Positions 22,701 to 32,191 of a stretch of DNA of 64,000 bases are shown one piece after another. Below the pieces are notes generated by a model. That model made no database searches, was not told the DNA's origin, and was given only the letters and a program-made list of their open reading frames with translations. The position numbers and the translations under genes were made by a program. Within the stretch, counting starts at the first letter, position 1. Every line of letters starts with the position of its first letter. Source of the stretch: Occultella glacieicola (lineage in GTDB: Bacteria > Actinomycetota > Actinomycetes > Actinomycetales > Beutenbergiaceae); the NCBI RefSeq assembly GCF_004353825.1, contig NZ_SMNA01000001.1, positions 124,001 to 188,000 of the forward strand, read 5' to 3'.

Positions 22701-24020
22701 GCCCGCACCCGCGACCCACCACTGCAGGTCCAGGAGGAAGTAGCTGAGCAGGCTGCCGACGATGAGGATGGCCGCCATCGGAACCTGGATCCCGAACAGC
22801 GACTTGGTGTCCTCGAACGCGAAGTAGACCCGCTGGGCCATGGTCCAGATCGCGATCGCGGGCAGGCCGGCGAGCATCGCGACGAGCACCCCACCGACCG
22901 CCCGGTACGCGGGAAAGGAGGCGGTGTCGAACTGGATCACCTGGGTCACCGGGATCGCCAGGACCATGAGTGCGGCCGCGGCGAACACGGTGAACACCGC
23001 CAGGGTCCGCAGCCCGAAGGACAGGCTGTCCCGGACGGCGCGGGTGTCGGAGGAGGCGGCCTGCTCGGACAGCCGGGTGAACATCGCGGTCACCAGCGAC
23101 ACGGTGATCAGCGACTGCGGCAGCATGAAGATCAGGAACGCGTTGTCGTAGGCGGCGTTGCCGGCGACCCCGAGGTCGCCGGCGGCGGTCGAGCTCGCCG
23201 CGGCCGCGAGGTTCGAGACACCCAGGTAGCCGACCTGCCCCACGGCCAGGGCGGCGAACGCCCAGGTCGCCACGCGGCCGGCCGTGGCGAGGCCGGTGTT
23301 GCGCAGGCCCCACACGGGCCGGAACCGGAAGCCGCTACGCGCCAGCGGGATGATCAGGACCAGCGCCTGCACCGCCACCCCCAGGGTCGCGGAGCCGGCG
23401 AGGAGCGCGATCCGGCCCGCGTCCCAGGCCTCGACGGGCGGTGGATCGGTCCGGTCGAAGCCACCGAAGATGACCAGGTAGGCCACCAGCCCGGCGATGG
23501 CGATGATGTTGTTCGCGGCCGGTGCCCACATGTACGGGCCGAAGATCGAGCGGGCGTTGAGGACCTGGCCGAGCAGGGCGTACATCCCGTAGAAGAACAG
23601 TTGCGGAATGCACCAGAGCGCGAACGAGACGGCGAGCGCACCCCAGGGACCGTTGCGGAACTGGGCCGCATACAGCGTCACCAGCAGCCCGGACGCGAGG
23701 GTCAGGACCACCGTGACCAGGAACAGGAACGCCCCGGCCAGGGTGAGCAGCCGGTTCACGTACTCCTGACCGCCGTCCTTGCGGCGCATCGCGCGCACGA
23801 TCTGCGGCACCAGAACCGCGTTCAGGATCCCGCCGGCGAGCAGCATGAAGATGATGTTCGGCAGCTTGTTCGCCACCGAGAACGCATCCGCGGCGCCACC
23901 GGTCGAGAAGATGGCCGCCACCAGCAGGGCGTTGCGGACCAGGCCCAGCACCCGGGACACGAGCGTCCCGGAGAACATCAGTGCCGCGGAACCGGCCAGG
24001 CCCCCACGTGGTTGGGTCAT
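19794..24020 (-). CDS. murJ: Lipid II flippase MurJ/MviN fused to a pseudokinase domain, long linker, TM helix and extracellular domain
   Basis: N-terminal MviN (SRVLGLVR, AGGILNAVLVPQIVRAM); kinase-like IADRYVL..ARDDILQRDV..GVHHLQLRP lacking HRD; C-terminal AIDGDPATTW. Confidence 0.9.
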   Translation of the reverse strand: MTQPRGGLAGSAALMFSGTLVSRVLGLVRNALLVAAIFSTGGAADAFSVANKLPNIIFMLLAGGILNAVLVPQIVRAMRRKDGGQEYVNRLLTLAGAFLFLVTVVLTLASGLLVTLYAAQFRNGPWGALAVSFALWCIPQLFFYGMYALLGQVLNARSIFGPYMWAPAANNIIAIAGLVAYLVIFGGFDRTDPPPVEAWDAGRIALLAGSATLGVAVQALVLIIPLARSGFRFRPVWGLRNTGLATAGRVATWAFAALAVGQVGYLGVSNLAAAASSTAAGDLGVAGNAAYDNAFLIFMLPQSLITVSLVTAMFTRLSEQAASSDTRAVRDSLSFGLRTLAVFTVFAAAALMVLAIPVTQVIQFDTASFPAYRAVGGVLVAMLAGLPAIAIWTMAQRVYFAFEDTKSLFGIQVPMAAILIVGSLLSYFLLDLQWWVAGAGAATTVANTFGALVAYLALRRKLPSLDGSRVFLTHLRVFMAAVPAALVGWGLLHLWGVQTGFAGALARVLVLGALMLVIYLILLRQLRVGELDALLNRVSAMTAPVARPVTALVARIPMPAPLRTMWGKISGVPQRIGGAPVTRGTAMDLVVGSTIADRYVLLARLEAPLPQSSLWSARDDILQRDVRIITLDGPHREEALDAARRAALVGDDRLARILRVGTSGGLGYLVTDATDAPSLADLVRSGPVPAAVARSLVGEAAAAIEAARKRGVHHLQLRPASLLVGERGVVLKGLAVDAAELGVDGGDARAAARTDSVDLVALMYTALTGTWPGDPKRAGGLPLAARHGGAPVPPGDVVEGIPHDLDTLCSVTFGPHEDGPYTPGELVRDLAPWDEIDPGVAAAARRRDDGGSSGGTDGVGQAGGHQGGLRGAGMAGAAGVAGIAGAAGAAGLGAAAGAAGLGDAAGRGAAGAGATTGSHGLEPTGVAAAGAGSPEPTTSGPDRPDATTRLSPVRAPADPSTWSLKPPPDQTEQRDFDDLVRATDAGGDRTQIIDSYHARHEHAGATAPEEPEQASLWQRLGARGRALVTAVTGALAGAGAGAGARAAETGAEAAGAAGIAGATASADHGPAAIATAPAIGAGPLPAPPPAQAGWDLPPEAPAGPDDKLVARDDAPPAPAIGAGPLPTPPPAQAGWDLPTEGLVDEQEPSAVTAGVGAAVAGSQRALGALRENARAVGDRFRRPETEEEGAAAGPAEPRPRFNPTPFVILLMIAFVVVAALLAFNSLSDARTSYQPATEPTGTVAPTDGTPSATPEPTPEPTTEPPPTVATFVSAQSLDPASGVGDNEDTAGRAIDGDPATTWNSLRYNNPNYGIKDGLGFVVTLEEPALITTVTLDVHGSGGIVQIRNTDPTAPNGGEVLAEGPMGPNTTYTLSTPTELGSIVLWFPELPVADSDGRNRIELAEITVG

Positions 24021-26329
24021 CGGTCGTCCTCGGTGTCGGTGGCGGCTGGTCGCGGCTCGGCGGCCTCCGGCGGGTAACGGCGCCCACCCTTGCGGATGGT
24101 GCGGATCAGGCCGAACACGAACGCCACCCCGAGCACCACGACCGCCGCGGTCAACCCGGTGCTCTCCCAGTCCGGGCGGACCCGGACGTCGAACGAGGAC
24201 GGTTGCGCCACGGACGTGCCGTCCTCGGCGGCCAGGACCAGGACCTCTACCGTGACGTCGCCGCTCGCGACCGCGGTCACCGGGACCCGCACCGTCGTGG
24301 TGCCGTTCGCCGGGATCGTCGCCGCGACCCCATCGTCCGCGCGCAGCCGCGGGTCGCTCGGGTCCAGCTGGACCACGACGGAGGCGTCCGCGTCCATGGC
24401 GTTGTCGATCGTGACCGGGACCTCGCTCGCGTCCGAGATGAGCAGCACGCTGCTGCCGGCCTGGACGCTGATCTGAGTCAGCAGGTCCGCCACGGCCGCG
24501 GTGGCTCCGTCGACGAGCGTGGACCGGATCTGGGTCCGCTCGATCAGTGCGGTGGCGGGTGCGCTGAGCAGGCCGACGGCGGGCGCGTTCGTGAGGGCGC
24601 CGGGCTCGGCGAGCACGTCGTTGAACGCGTCGAGACTCGTCCAGGTCTCGCCGAGCCGGCGCAGCTCCGCGCCCGTGAGGCGGTCGCCCTCCGGGGCGCT
24701 CACCTGCACCGAACGCCCCTCGGTGCCTGCAGAGCGGCCGAGCAGGCTGCGCAGACTCGTCACCTCGAGCCAGGGTGCCTCGGCGAGCGAGCCGAGGATG
24801 GCCCGCAGCCGTTCGGCATCCCCGGGGTCGGCGCCCAGGTCGCGCGGGAGCGCGGCCAGCAGGCCGCGGGCGTCGTTGGGGCGTTCGCGGGTGACGACGG
24901 CGGTCTGGGCGAGGAAGGACTGGCGTGCCTCGACGGCGGTCAGGTCCGGGTCGGTGAGCGAACGCGACAGTGGACCGTCCCAGAGCGCCGCCTCGACCTC
25001 GCCACCGGACGTGCTGATCTCGGTCCGCCCGGACGGGGTGTACGTGAGGTCGCCGGTCGTGGGGACCTCGTCCGCGGGGAGCACGACCGTCTGCGCGCCC
25101 GAGCGGGCGATCGCCTCGAGCGTGGCCGCATCAGTGGCCGCCGGCCAGATGACGTCGTCCAGCACGACCACCTCCCGCTCCTCGAATAGCCTCGCGGCAC
25201 GGTCCGCAGCCGCGTCGGCGATCGTGGTGTCCTCGCTCTCGGCGAGGGTGACGGCGTCGGCGTCGGCGTAGGAGAGGGCGACGACGTCCCGCTGGGCGCT
25301 CGCGGCCGCGAGCGACTGCACGAACGCAGGCAGGTCCGTGGCGGTCAGGATGGCGTCCGGGTCCGCACCCGAGCCAGGGGCCGGGTCGGTCGGGGTGCCC
25401 GACGGCGTCGGCTCGGTGCCGGGGTCGGTCGCACCCGGGGTGGTGGTCGGGTCCGTCGGGTCGGTGGGGGTCGGGTCGGTCGGGTCGGTGCCGTCCGTGG
25501 CACCCGGGGGGTCGACCGTCGCCGGGTCGGTGGTCTCGCCGGCGCCGTCATCCGCCGGTCCCGTGGTCGGGTCCTGCTCGCCGGGCTCGGCGCCGGTCGG
25601 CTCGGAGCCGACCGGCAGCTCGAGCAGGACCGGGTCGAGCGCCCAGGCCACCGGCAGGTCCCGGGTGGCCTCCACCAGAGCCGTGATCCTCGGTGCGGCG
25701 ACCTGACCGACCAGGACGTCCTGCTGGGTCGCCGCGGCCCACTCCTGCGCCGTCGGGGTCAGCGGGAGCAGCACGGTCACCTCGGTCCGAGCGGTGGTCT
25801 CGAGCGTCTCGGGGTACCAGAGCAGTTCCGACCGGGTCCGCCAGGTCTCGCCGGCGTCACTCACGACGATCTCGATCCCGCGGGGTCCCCAGGCGGGGCT
25901 GCCCCCGAACGGCGACTGGTCGGACGGGATCGAGACGGTGAAGGCCGCCGACGCGCCCGGGGCCACGTCCTGGCCGAGGTTCGCCAGGGTCAGGGTGCTG
26001 ACCAGACCGGCGGTGGCCTCACCCTCGAGCCACCGGTCCAGGGAGTTGCGGGACTCCGGGACGCGGGACTGCATCCGCAGCCGCACGGTCGGGTCCGTGA
26101 GGACCTCGCCGGTCTCGTTGGTGATGGTGCCGGTCACGACGAGATCGAGCCCGGGACGCAGCACCGCCGGTGTCATTCCCGTGATCTCGACGGTGACGTC
26201 GCCCGGCGCGGCCGTGGCGGACGGCACGGTGGCCGCGGGCGCGAGTGGACCGAGCGCGGCGAGGATGCCGAGCAGGCACGCCGCGAGCACGGCCCGCACG
26301 CGGATCGCACGGGGTTCCCGGCGCGTCAT
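24017..26329 (-). CDS. Secreted, C-terminally anchored DUF6049-like protein
   Basis: Signal peptide, C-terminal TM helix, conserved position between NUDIX and murJ. Confidence 0.75.
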   Translation of the reverse strand: MTRREPRAIRVRAVLAACLLGILAALGPLAPAATVPSATAAPGDVTVEITGMTPAVLRPGLDLVVTGTITNETGEVLTDPTVRLRMQSRVPESRNSLDRWLEGEATAGLVSTLTLANLGQDVAPGASAAFTVSIPSDQSPFGGSPAWGPRGIEIVVSDAGETWRTRSELLWYPETLETTARTEVTVLLPLTPTAQEWAAATQQDVLVGQVAAPRITALVEATRDLPVAWALDPVLLELPVGSEPTGAEPGEQDPTTGPADDGAGETTDPATVDPPGATDGTDPTDPTPTDPTDPTTTPGATDPGTEPTPSGTPTDPAPGSGADPDAILTATDLPAFVQSLAAASAQRDVVALSYADADAVTLAESEDTTIADAAADRAARLFEEREVVVLDDVIWPAATDAATLEAIARSGAQTVVLPADEVPTTGDLTYTPSGRTEISTSGGEVEAALWDGPLSRSLTDPDLTAVEARQSFLAQTAVVTRERPNDARGLLAALPRDLGADPGDAERLRAILGSLAEAPWLEVTSLRSLLGRSAGTEGRSVQVSAPEGDRLTGAELRRLGETWTSLDAFNDVLAEPGALTNAPAVGLLSAPATALIERTQIRSTLVDGATAAVADLLTQISVQAGSSVLLISDASEVPVTIDNAMDADASVVVQLDPSDPRLRADDGVAATIPANGTTTVRVPVTAVASGDVTVEVLVLAAEDGTSVAQPSSFDVRVRPDWESTGLTAAVVVLGVAFVFGLIRTIRKGGRRYPPEAAEPRPAATDTEDDR

Positions 26330-26351
26330 CCCAGGCTCACGCGGGCGGTCG

Positions 26352-26876
26352 TCATGAGCGCCCGGTGAGCATGTCCCGGGCGGTCGCGACGACCCGGCGC
26401 TCGTTCGGGTAGGCCAGCCGGGCCGCGACGTCCGAGAGTGCGACCCAGGCCACCGCCTCGGCCTCGTGGTCCGGGTCGTTCTCCGTGGTGAGCTCACCAC
26501 CGAGCGCCTCGAGCAGATAGTGGTGGACCACCTTGTGCACCCGCCGGTCCGACCCAGCGAACCAGTAGTCGATGGTCGCGAGGTGACGGAGCACCTGGCC
26601 CTCGATCCCGGTCTCCTCGGCGATCTCCCGGACCGCGGCCTCCTCGGCGGTCTCGGCGCCCTCCAGGTGACCCTTGGGCAGGCACCATTCCAGGCGGCCG
26701 GCACGGTTCCGGCGGGCGATGACGGCGGTGAACGCCGCACCGCCGACGACCCGAACGACCAGACCACCCGCCGAGGTCTCGTCCACCACCGGAAGGGAAT
26801 GCGCGTGGGTGCGCCGCAGACGCGTGACCGGGGGCCGTGGCGCCCGCGGTCGGGGGGTCGGTGCGGCGGCGGACAT
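26352..26876 (-). CDS. NUDIX hydrolase
   Basis: ETSAGGLVV and Nudix box LPKGHLEGAETAEEAAVREIAEETG. Confidence 0.93.
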   Translation of the reverse strand: MSAAAPTPRPRAPRPPVTRLRRTHAHSLPVVDETSAGGLVVRVVGGAAFTAVIARRNRAGRLEWCLPKGHLEGAETAEEAAVREIAEETGIEGQVLRHLATIDYWFAGSDRRVHKVVHHYLLEALGGELTTENDPDHEAEAVAWVALSDVAARLAYPNERRVVATARDMLTGRS

Positions 26877-27011
26877 AACGACACTGTAATCAAGCGCGCG
26901 CCGGGGTGGTGTACCCGGCACGCCTGCGCGCGGGCCGGTACGGCCCGCTGCTACCGGTCGAACCCGGATCGGCTGGCAGCAGCAGGCCGACGCATGGCAC
27001 GCTAGACGGTT

Positions 27012-28481
27012 GTGCCCCCCACGACACCCACCCCGCCCCGCGAATCCCCCGCGGAACTGCTGCGCACCGCCCTTGGGGTGCTCGCGGAGTACGCCCCTGA
27101 CGCGATCGAGCTCGGGCAGCTGTTCTCCGACGCCGGGCACGAGCTCGCATTGGTCGGCGGGCCGGTGCGGGACGCCTTCCTCGGCCGCGCCGGCGTCGAT
27201 CTCGACTTCGCGACGTCGGCGCGGCCGGACGACACCGAGCGGATCCTGGCTGGCTGGGGCGACGCCCACTGGGACATGGGACGGGAGTTCGGCACCATCG
27301 GGGCTCGGCGTGGGGACGTGATCGTCGAGGTCACCACCTACCGCACCGAGGCGTACGACCCGACCTCGCGCAAGCCGCAGGTCGCTTACGGTGACACGCT
27401 CGACGGCGATCTCTCCCGCCGGGACTTCACGGTCAACTCGATGGCCGTGCGGCTACCCGACCTGACGTTCGTCGACCCGTTCGACGGGCTCACCGACCTC
27501 GCGAACGGTCTCCTGCGTACCCCGGTCACCGCGGAGCAGTCGTTCGACGACGACCCGTTGCGGATGATGCGGGCAGCCCGGTTCAGCGCTCAACTGGGGT
27601 TCGACGTCGACGAGTCCGCGATGACCGCGATGACGGCGATGGCCGAGCGGATCACGATCGTCTCCGCCGAGCGGGTGCAGGCCGAGTTGGTCCGGCTGCT
27701 GACGTCTCCGGCCCCCCGGCGCGGCCTCGAGCTGATGGTCTACACGGGCCTGGCCGAGTTCGTGCTGCCCGAGCTGCCGGGCATGCAGCTGACCATCGAC
27801 GAACATCACCGGCACAAGGACGTCTACGAGCACACCCTCACCGTGCTCGACCAGGCGATCGACCTGGAGACCGGAACGGATGGGCCGGTGCCCGGACCCG
27901 ACCTGATCCTGCGGCTCGCGGCACTCCTGCACGACGTCGGCAAGCCGGCGACGCGGCGGCTCGAACCGGGCGGCGGGGTGAGTTTCCACCACCACGAGAT
28001 CGTCGGGGCGAAGATGGCCACGAGGCGGCTGCGTGAACTGCGCTTCGACAAGGCCACGATCAAGGCGGTCTCCCACCTGGTGGCGTTGCACCTGCGCTTC
28101 CATGGGTATGGGGAGGCCGCCTGGACGGACTCCGCCGTGCGCCGCTACGTCACCGACGCCGGCGACCAGCTGGAGCGGCTGCACCGACTCACCCGAGCCG
28201 ACTGCACCACCCGGAACAAGCGCAAGGCCGCCCGCCTCTCACATGCCTACGACGATCTGGAACGGCGGATCACCGAGCTCGCCGCCGAGGAGGAGCTCAA
28301 GGCCATCCGCCCGGACCTGGACGGCACGCAGATCATGCGGATCCTGCAGATCGGCCCCGGTCGGGACGTCGGTGCCGCGTACCAGCATCTGCTTGCGCTC
28401 CGGATGGAGCACGGCCCGCTGGACCCCGACCGTGCCGAGGCGGAACTACGCTCCTGGTGGGCGGCCCGTCAGACCGACTGA
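27012..28481 (+). CDS. CCA tRNA nucleotidyltransferase with HD domain
   Basis: VGGPVRD, DLDFAT, RRDFTVN, DDPLRMMRA, LLHDVGK. Confidence 0.95.
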   Translation: MPPTTPTPPRESPAELLRTALGVLAEYAPDAIELGQLFSDAGHELALVGGPVRDAFLGRAGVDLDFATSARPDDTERILAGWGDAHWDMGREFGTIGARRGDVIVEVTTYRTEAYDPTSRKPQVAYGDTLDGDLSRRDFTVNSMAVRLPDLTFVDPFDGLTDLANGLLRTPVTAEQSFDDDPLRMMRAARFSAQLGFDVDESAMTAMTAMAERITIVSAERVQAELVRLLTSPAPRRGLELMVYTGLAEFVLPELPGMQLTIDEHHRHKDVYEHTLTVLDQAIDLETGTDGPVPGPDLILRLAALLHDVGKPATRRLEPGGGVSFHHHEIVGAKMATRRLRELRFDKATIKAVSHLVALHLRFHGYGEAAWTDSAVRRYVTDAGDQLERLHRLTRADCTTRNKRKAARLSHAYDDLERRITELAAEEELKAIRPDLDGTQIMRILQIGPGRDVGAAYQHLLALRMEHGPLDPDRAEAELRSWWAARQTD

Positions 28482-28641
28482 GCGGGCGAGACCGCCGGCG
28501 AGAGTGCTGATCCGGCAACCACTTCAGCACCCTCGTGCACCCGGACCGCGCACGAGCGTGCAGGACCGGCTGCCACCACCGCACTCTCGACGCGACCCAC
28601 GGCGGGTGGGTGACGCAGTGCCCACGACGCGAGATGCGGCG

Positions 28642-29973
28642 TCAGACCGGGCTGCGCTCGCCGTCGAGCACCGGCACCGGACGATCGTGCACCCGCACGA
28701 CCCCCCGCCGGTAGGCCACGGCGAGCACTACGTAGGCGACCGCGAGGGCGGCGAACACCGGCCTGGACCAGCCGGTATCGGGAAGGGCCGCCGCCGCCAA
28801 TGCCGCGGCACCGGCGAACGCGGCGTTGTAGAGCATGTCGTAGAGGGAGAACGCCCGGCCGCGGAAGGAGTCGTGGGTGTCCCGCTGGACGATGGTGTCC
28901 ACGGCGATCTTCGCGCCCTGTACCGCCAGTCCCATCACCACCGCGGCCGCGGCGATCACGCCGAACTGCGGGGCCGAGGCCATCAGAACCTGGCTGAGGG
29001 CACCGAGGCCGAGGCACACCAGGATCCACGTCGACGGGGCCATCCGCTCGTGTGCGATCGGGGTGGCCACGATGGCCAGGCCGTTCCCTGCGAACGAGAT
29101 CGAGGCGAGCAGCCCGAACATCGCCAGGCCCGCGTTCGCGTCCGCCGGTTCCACGAGCAGATTCCGGGAGATCAGGATCAGCGCGATGAAGTTCAGCCCG
29201 TACAGGAACCGGTGCAGCGCCATCACCCCCAGCGCCATGCCCGGGGTGCGGCGCCGGACCAGGTACCGGGCGCCGTCGGCCAGGTCGCGCACCGTGGCGC
29301 GCACGTCCGCGGAGAACGCCGCATACCCCCCGGGCCCCCGCGCCGCCCGCGTCGGGCCGAGCAGGTCCGCGCCCATCCGCAACGCGAGCAGCGCCGCACC
29401 ACCGAACAGCACCGCGGCGACGGCGAGCACCAGCCCCTGCTTGCCGGGGCCGTCCGGGACCAGCCAGCCGATCGCGAAGCCGAGGCCCGCCCCCACCACC
29501 GCCGAGACGGCACCGAGGGTCGGCGTGAGCGTGTTCGCCATCAGGAGTTGCTCGCGCGGCACCACCCGCGGCAGGCCGGCCGAGAGGGCCGCGAGCAGGA
29601 ACCGGTTCACCCCGAGCGTGAGCAGGGCGAGCACGTACACGGCCGGGCCGACCCCTCCGGTGGCCATGAGAACCGCGAGCGCCAGGGTCAGCAGCACCCG
29701 GATGCCGTTGCCGACGGCGAGCACCTGACGCCGTCGCCACCGGTCGAGCAGCGGGCCCGCGAACGGGCCGACGATCGTGAACGGGAGCAGGAGTACCGCG
29801 AACGCCGCGGCCACGTCCCCGGCGGTCGCGAGCTTCTCCGGTGAGAAGAAGAACAGGGTGGCCAGGCCGGCCTGGAACATTCCGTCGCCACACTGGGACA
29901 CGAGACGGACCGAGAACAGCTTGCGGAAGTCCCGATGGACGAGGACGGTGCGCAGGTCCGCGATCACACTCAC
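28642..29973 (-). CDS. MFS transporter
   Basis: About 12 TM helices; motif A GPLLDRWRRR. Confidence 0.88.
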   Translation of the reverse strand: MSVIADLRTVLVHRDFRKLFSVRLVSQCGDGMFQAGLATLFFFSPEKLATAGDVAAAFAVLLLPFTIVGPFAGPLLDRWRRRQVLAVGNGIRVLLTLALAVLMATGGVGPAVYVLALLTLGVNRFLLAALSAGLPRVVPREQLLMANTLTPTLGAVSAVVGAGLGFAIGWLVPDGPGKQGLVLAVAAVLFGGAALLALRMGADLLGPTRAARGPGGYAAFSADVRATVRDLADGARYLVRRRTPGMALGVMALHRFLYGLNFIALILISRNLLVEPADANAGLAMFGLLASISFAGNGLAIVATPIAHERMAPSTWILVCLGLGALSQVLMASAPQFGVIAAAAVVMGLAVQGAKIAVDTIVQRDTHDSFRGRAFSLYDMLYNAAFAGAAALAAAALPDTGWSRPVFAALAVAYVVLAVAYRRGVVRVHDRPVPVLDGERSPV

Positions 29974-30249
29974 ACGGGCAGGCTATCGCGGGGAGGTGAC
30001 CGGCCCTCGAGCCGACCGATCCGCGGCGGGCGGGCGGGCGGCCCGGTTCGGATAGTGGGACATGGTCGTCCGGTCGGTGACCGGAGCGTGTCGTCGGGTG
30101 AACGTTGACGGAACAAGCCGGCATCGGGGCCTGAGACGGTCGACCGTGCGTTCGTGGCGGGGTAGCGTCCCGTCTTGGAAATCGCAGGGCGTGCCTTCTG
30201 AGAGCCGCCCTCGAAAAAGATCACCCGTCACGATCGGAATGCCTCGCCC

Positions 30250-31194
30250 ATGAGTTCGCACGCGCTCCTCAGTGCTGCCCAGAGTGCTGCCCCGCCGGGC
30301 CGACGGGCAGCCCGGCGAAAGAAGCTCTGGCGCAATATCGGAGTATTCGCACTGCTCGCCGGACCGAATCTCGCGATCCTCCTGATCTTCACCTATCGGC
30401 CGATGTTCCTGAGCTTCTACTATTCAATGCTCAACTGGAACATCGGATCCGACTTCGCGCAATTCATCGGATTCGGGAACTACGTCGAGTGGTTCAACGA
30501 TCCGGAGTCCGCCCGGATCCTCGGCACGACGCTGCTCTACACGATCGCCACCGTCGCCGGTGGCATGGCCCTCGGCCTCGCCCTGGCTCTGGCCCTGAAC
30601 CGCAAGCTGTTCGGGCGTGGCATCGTCCGCACGATCACGTTCGCCCCCTACGTCCTGTCCGGGATCGCGGTCGGGTTCCTCTGGATGTACATCTTCAACC
30701 CGAACATCGGGCTCCTGAGGACGGTGCTCGGTTGGTTCGGGATCTCGTCGCCGCCGTGGTTCACCCAGGAACCGTGGCCGCTGATCATGATCATCATCGT
30801 CACGCTCTGGAAGCACGTCGGCTACGTCGCGCTGATCTACCTCGCCGGCCTGCAGTCCGTGCCCCAGGACCTGCGGGACGCGGCCGCACTCGATGGCGCC
30901 GGTACCTTGCGGGTGTTCCGGGGGATCGTGCTGCCGCTGCTCGGGCCGATCACGTTCTTCCTGCTGATCACGCTCACGCTGAGCGCGCTGCAGTCCTTCG
31001 ACCTGATCCGCTCCATGACGAACGGTGGACCGCTCGGATCCACCAAGACCCTGATGTACCAGGTCTACGTGGAGGGCTTCCAGATCGGCCGGGGCGGCTA
31101 CGGCTCCGCGGTCGCCACCATCCTGTTCGTGATCCTGCTCGCTGTGACGGCCATCCAGATGAAGTTCGTCGAGAGGCGGGTGCACTACCAGTGA
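30250..31194 (+). CDS. Carbohydrate ABC permease (UgpA-like)
   Basis: AGLQSVPQDLRDAAALDGAG EAA loop. Confidence 0.9.
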   Translation: MSSHALLSAAQSAAPPGRRAARRKKLWRNIGVFALLAGPNLAILLIFTYRPMFLSFYYSMLNWNIGSDFAQFIGFGNYVEWFNDPESARILGTTLLYTIATVAGGMALGLALALALNRKLFGRGIVRTITFAPYVLSGIAVGFLWMYIFNPNIGLLRTVLGWFGISSPPWFTQEPWPLIMIIIVTLWKHVGYVALIYLAGLQSVPQDLRDAAALDGAGTLRVFRGIVLPLLGPITFFLLITLTLSALQSFDLIRSMTNGGPLGSTKTLMYQVYVEGFQIGRGGYGSAVATILFVILLAVTAIQMKFVERRVHYQ

Positions 31195-32126
31195 GCACGA
31201 CCACGGCCACCAGACCCAGCCAGAACACCGCCGCCGGGCCGCGCATCGCCGGCGCGCCGGATCCTGCCGGACCGGCCCCCCGCCGTCGGCGTCGACGCTC
31301 CCCCGGTGCCCGGGTGCTGGACGGTGGCCTCTACGTGACCCTCGTGATCGCGGCGCTCGTGATGGCGTTCCCGTTGATCTGGATGCTGCTCGCCAGCTTC
31401 AAGACGACCCCGGAGATCTCCGCGGTGCCGATCCAGTGGCTGCCACAGGAGTGGAACCTCGACAACTTCATCGCGGTCGCGAACTCCATCCCGATCGGCC
31501 GGATGATCTTCAACAGCGTGTTCATCACGGTGGTCAGCACGTTCCTCAAGGTGATGCTCGGTCTGGCCTGCGCGTACGCACTCGTGTTCGTGGACATCCC
31601 GTTCAAGAACGTCGCGTTCATGATCGTGCTGTTCACCCTGCTGATCCCCGGCCAGATCACGATCATCCCCAACTACGTCCTCGTCGCCGGCCTGGACTGG
31701 ACGAACACCTACCTGGGCATCATCCTGCCCGGCCTGGCCAGCGCGTTCGGGACGTTCCTGTTCCGACAGCAGTTCATGCAGGTGCCCCGGTCCCTGCTGG
31801 AGGCCGCCGAACTGGACGGGGCCGGACATCTGCGCCGCCTGTTCCGGGTGGTGGTCCCGATCTCCGTCCCGACGATCGCCGCGGTGACCCTCGTGACGGT
31901 GGTCGGGGAGTGGAACGAGTACCTGTGGCCCTCCCTGGTGGCCAAGAGCCCGGACCTGATGACCCTGCCCGTTGGCCTGACCCACCTGCAGGACCTCGAG
32001 GGCATCCAGAACTGGGGTGTGCTGCTGGCCGCGACCACCCTGCTGACGCTCCCGATGCTCGCCATCTTCCTGATCCTCCAGCGTCGGCTCGTGGCCGGAC
32101 TCACCGCCGGCGCCGTCACCGGCTGA
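31191..32126 (+). CDS. Carbohydrate ABC permease (UgpE-like)
   Basis: LLEAAELDGAG, WNEYLWP; GTGA overlap with the upstream gene. Confidence 0.9.
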   Translation: MSTTTATRPSQNTAAGPRIAGAPDPAGPAPRRRRRRSPGARVLDGGLYVTLVIAALVMAFPLIWMLLASFKTTPEISAVPIQWLPQEWNLDNFIAVANSIPIGRMIFNSVFITVVSTFLKVMLGLACAYALVFVDIPFKNVAFMIVLFTLLIPGQITIIPNYVLVAGLDWTNTYLGIILPGLASAFGTFLFRQQFMQVPRSLLEAAELDGAGHLRRLFRVVVPISVPTIAAVTLVTVVGEWNEYLWPSLVAKSPDLMTLPVGLTHLQDLEGIQNWGVLLAATTLLTLPMLAIFLILQRRLVAGLTAGAVTG

Positions 32127-32191
32127 GCCGGAGCACCGACACCTCCCGTACCGAAACCCCGTCCCCAACGCCATCACAAGGAGTCCCAGCC

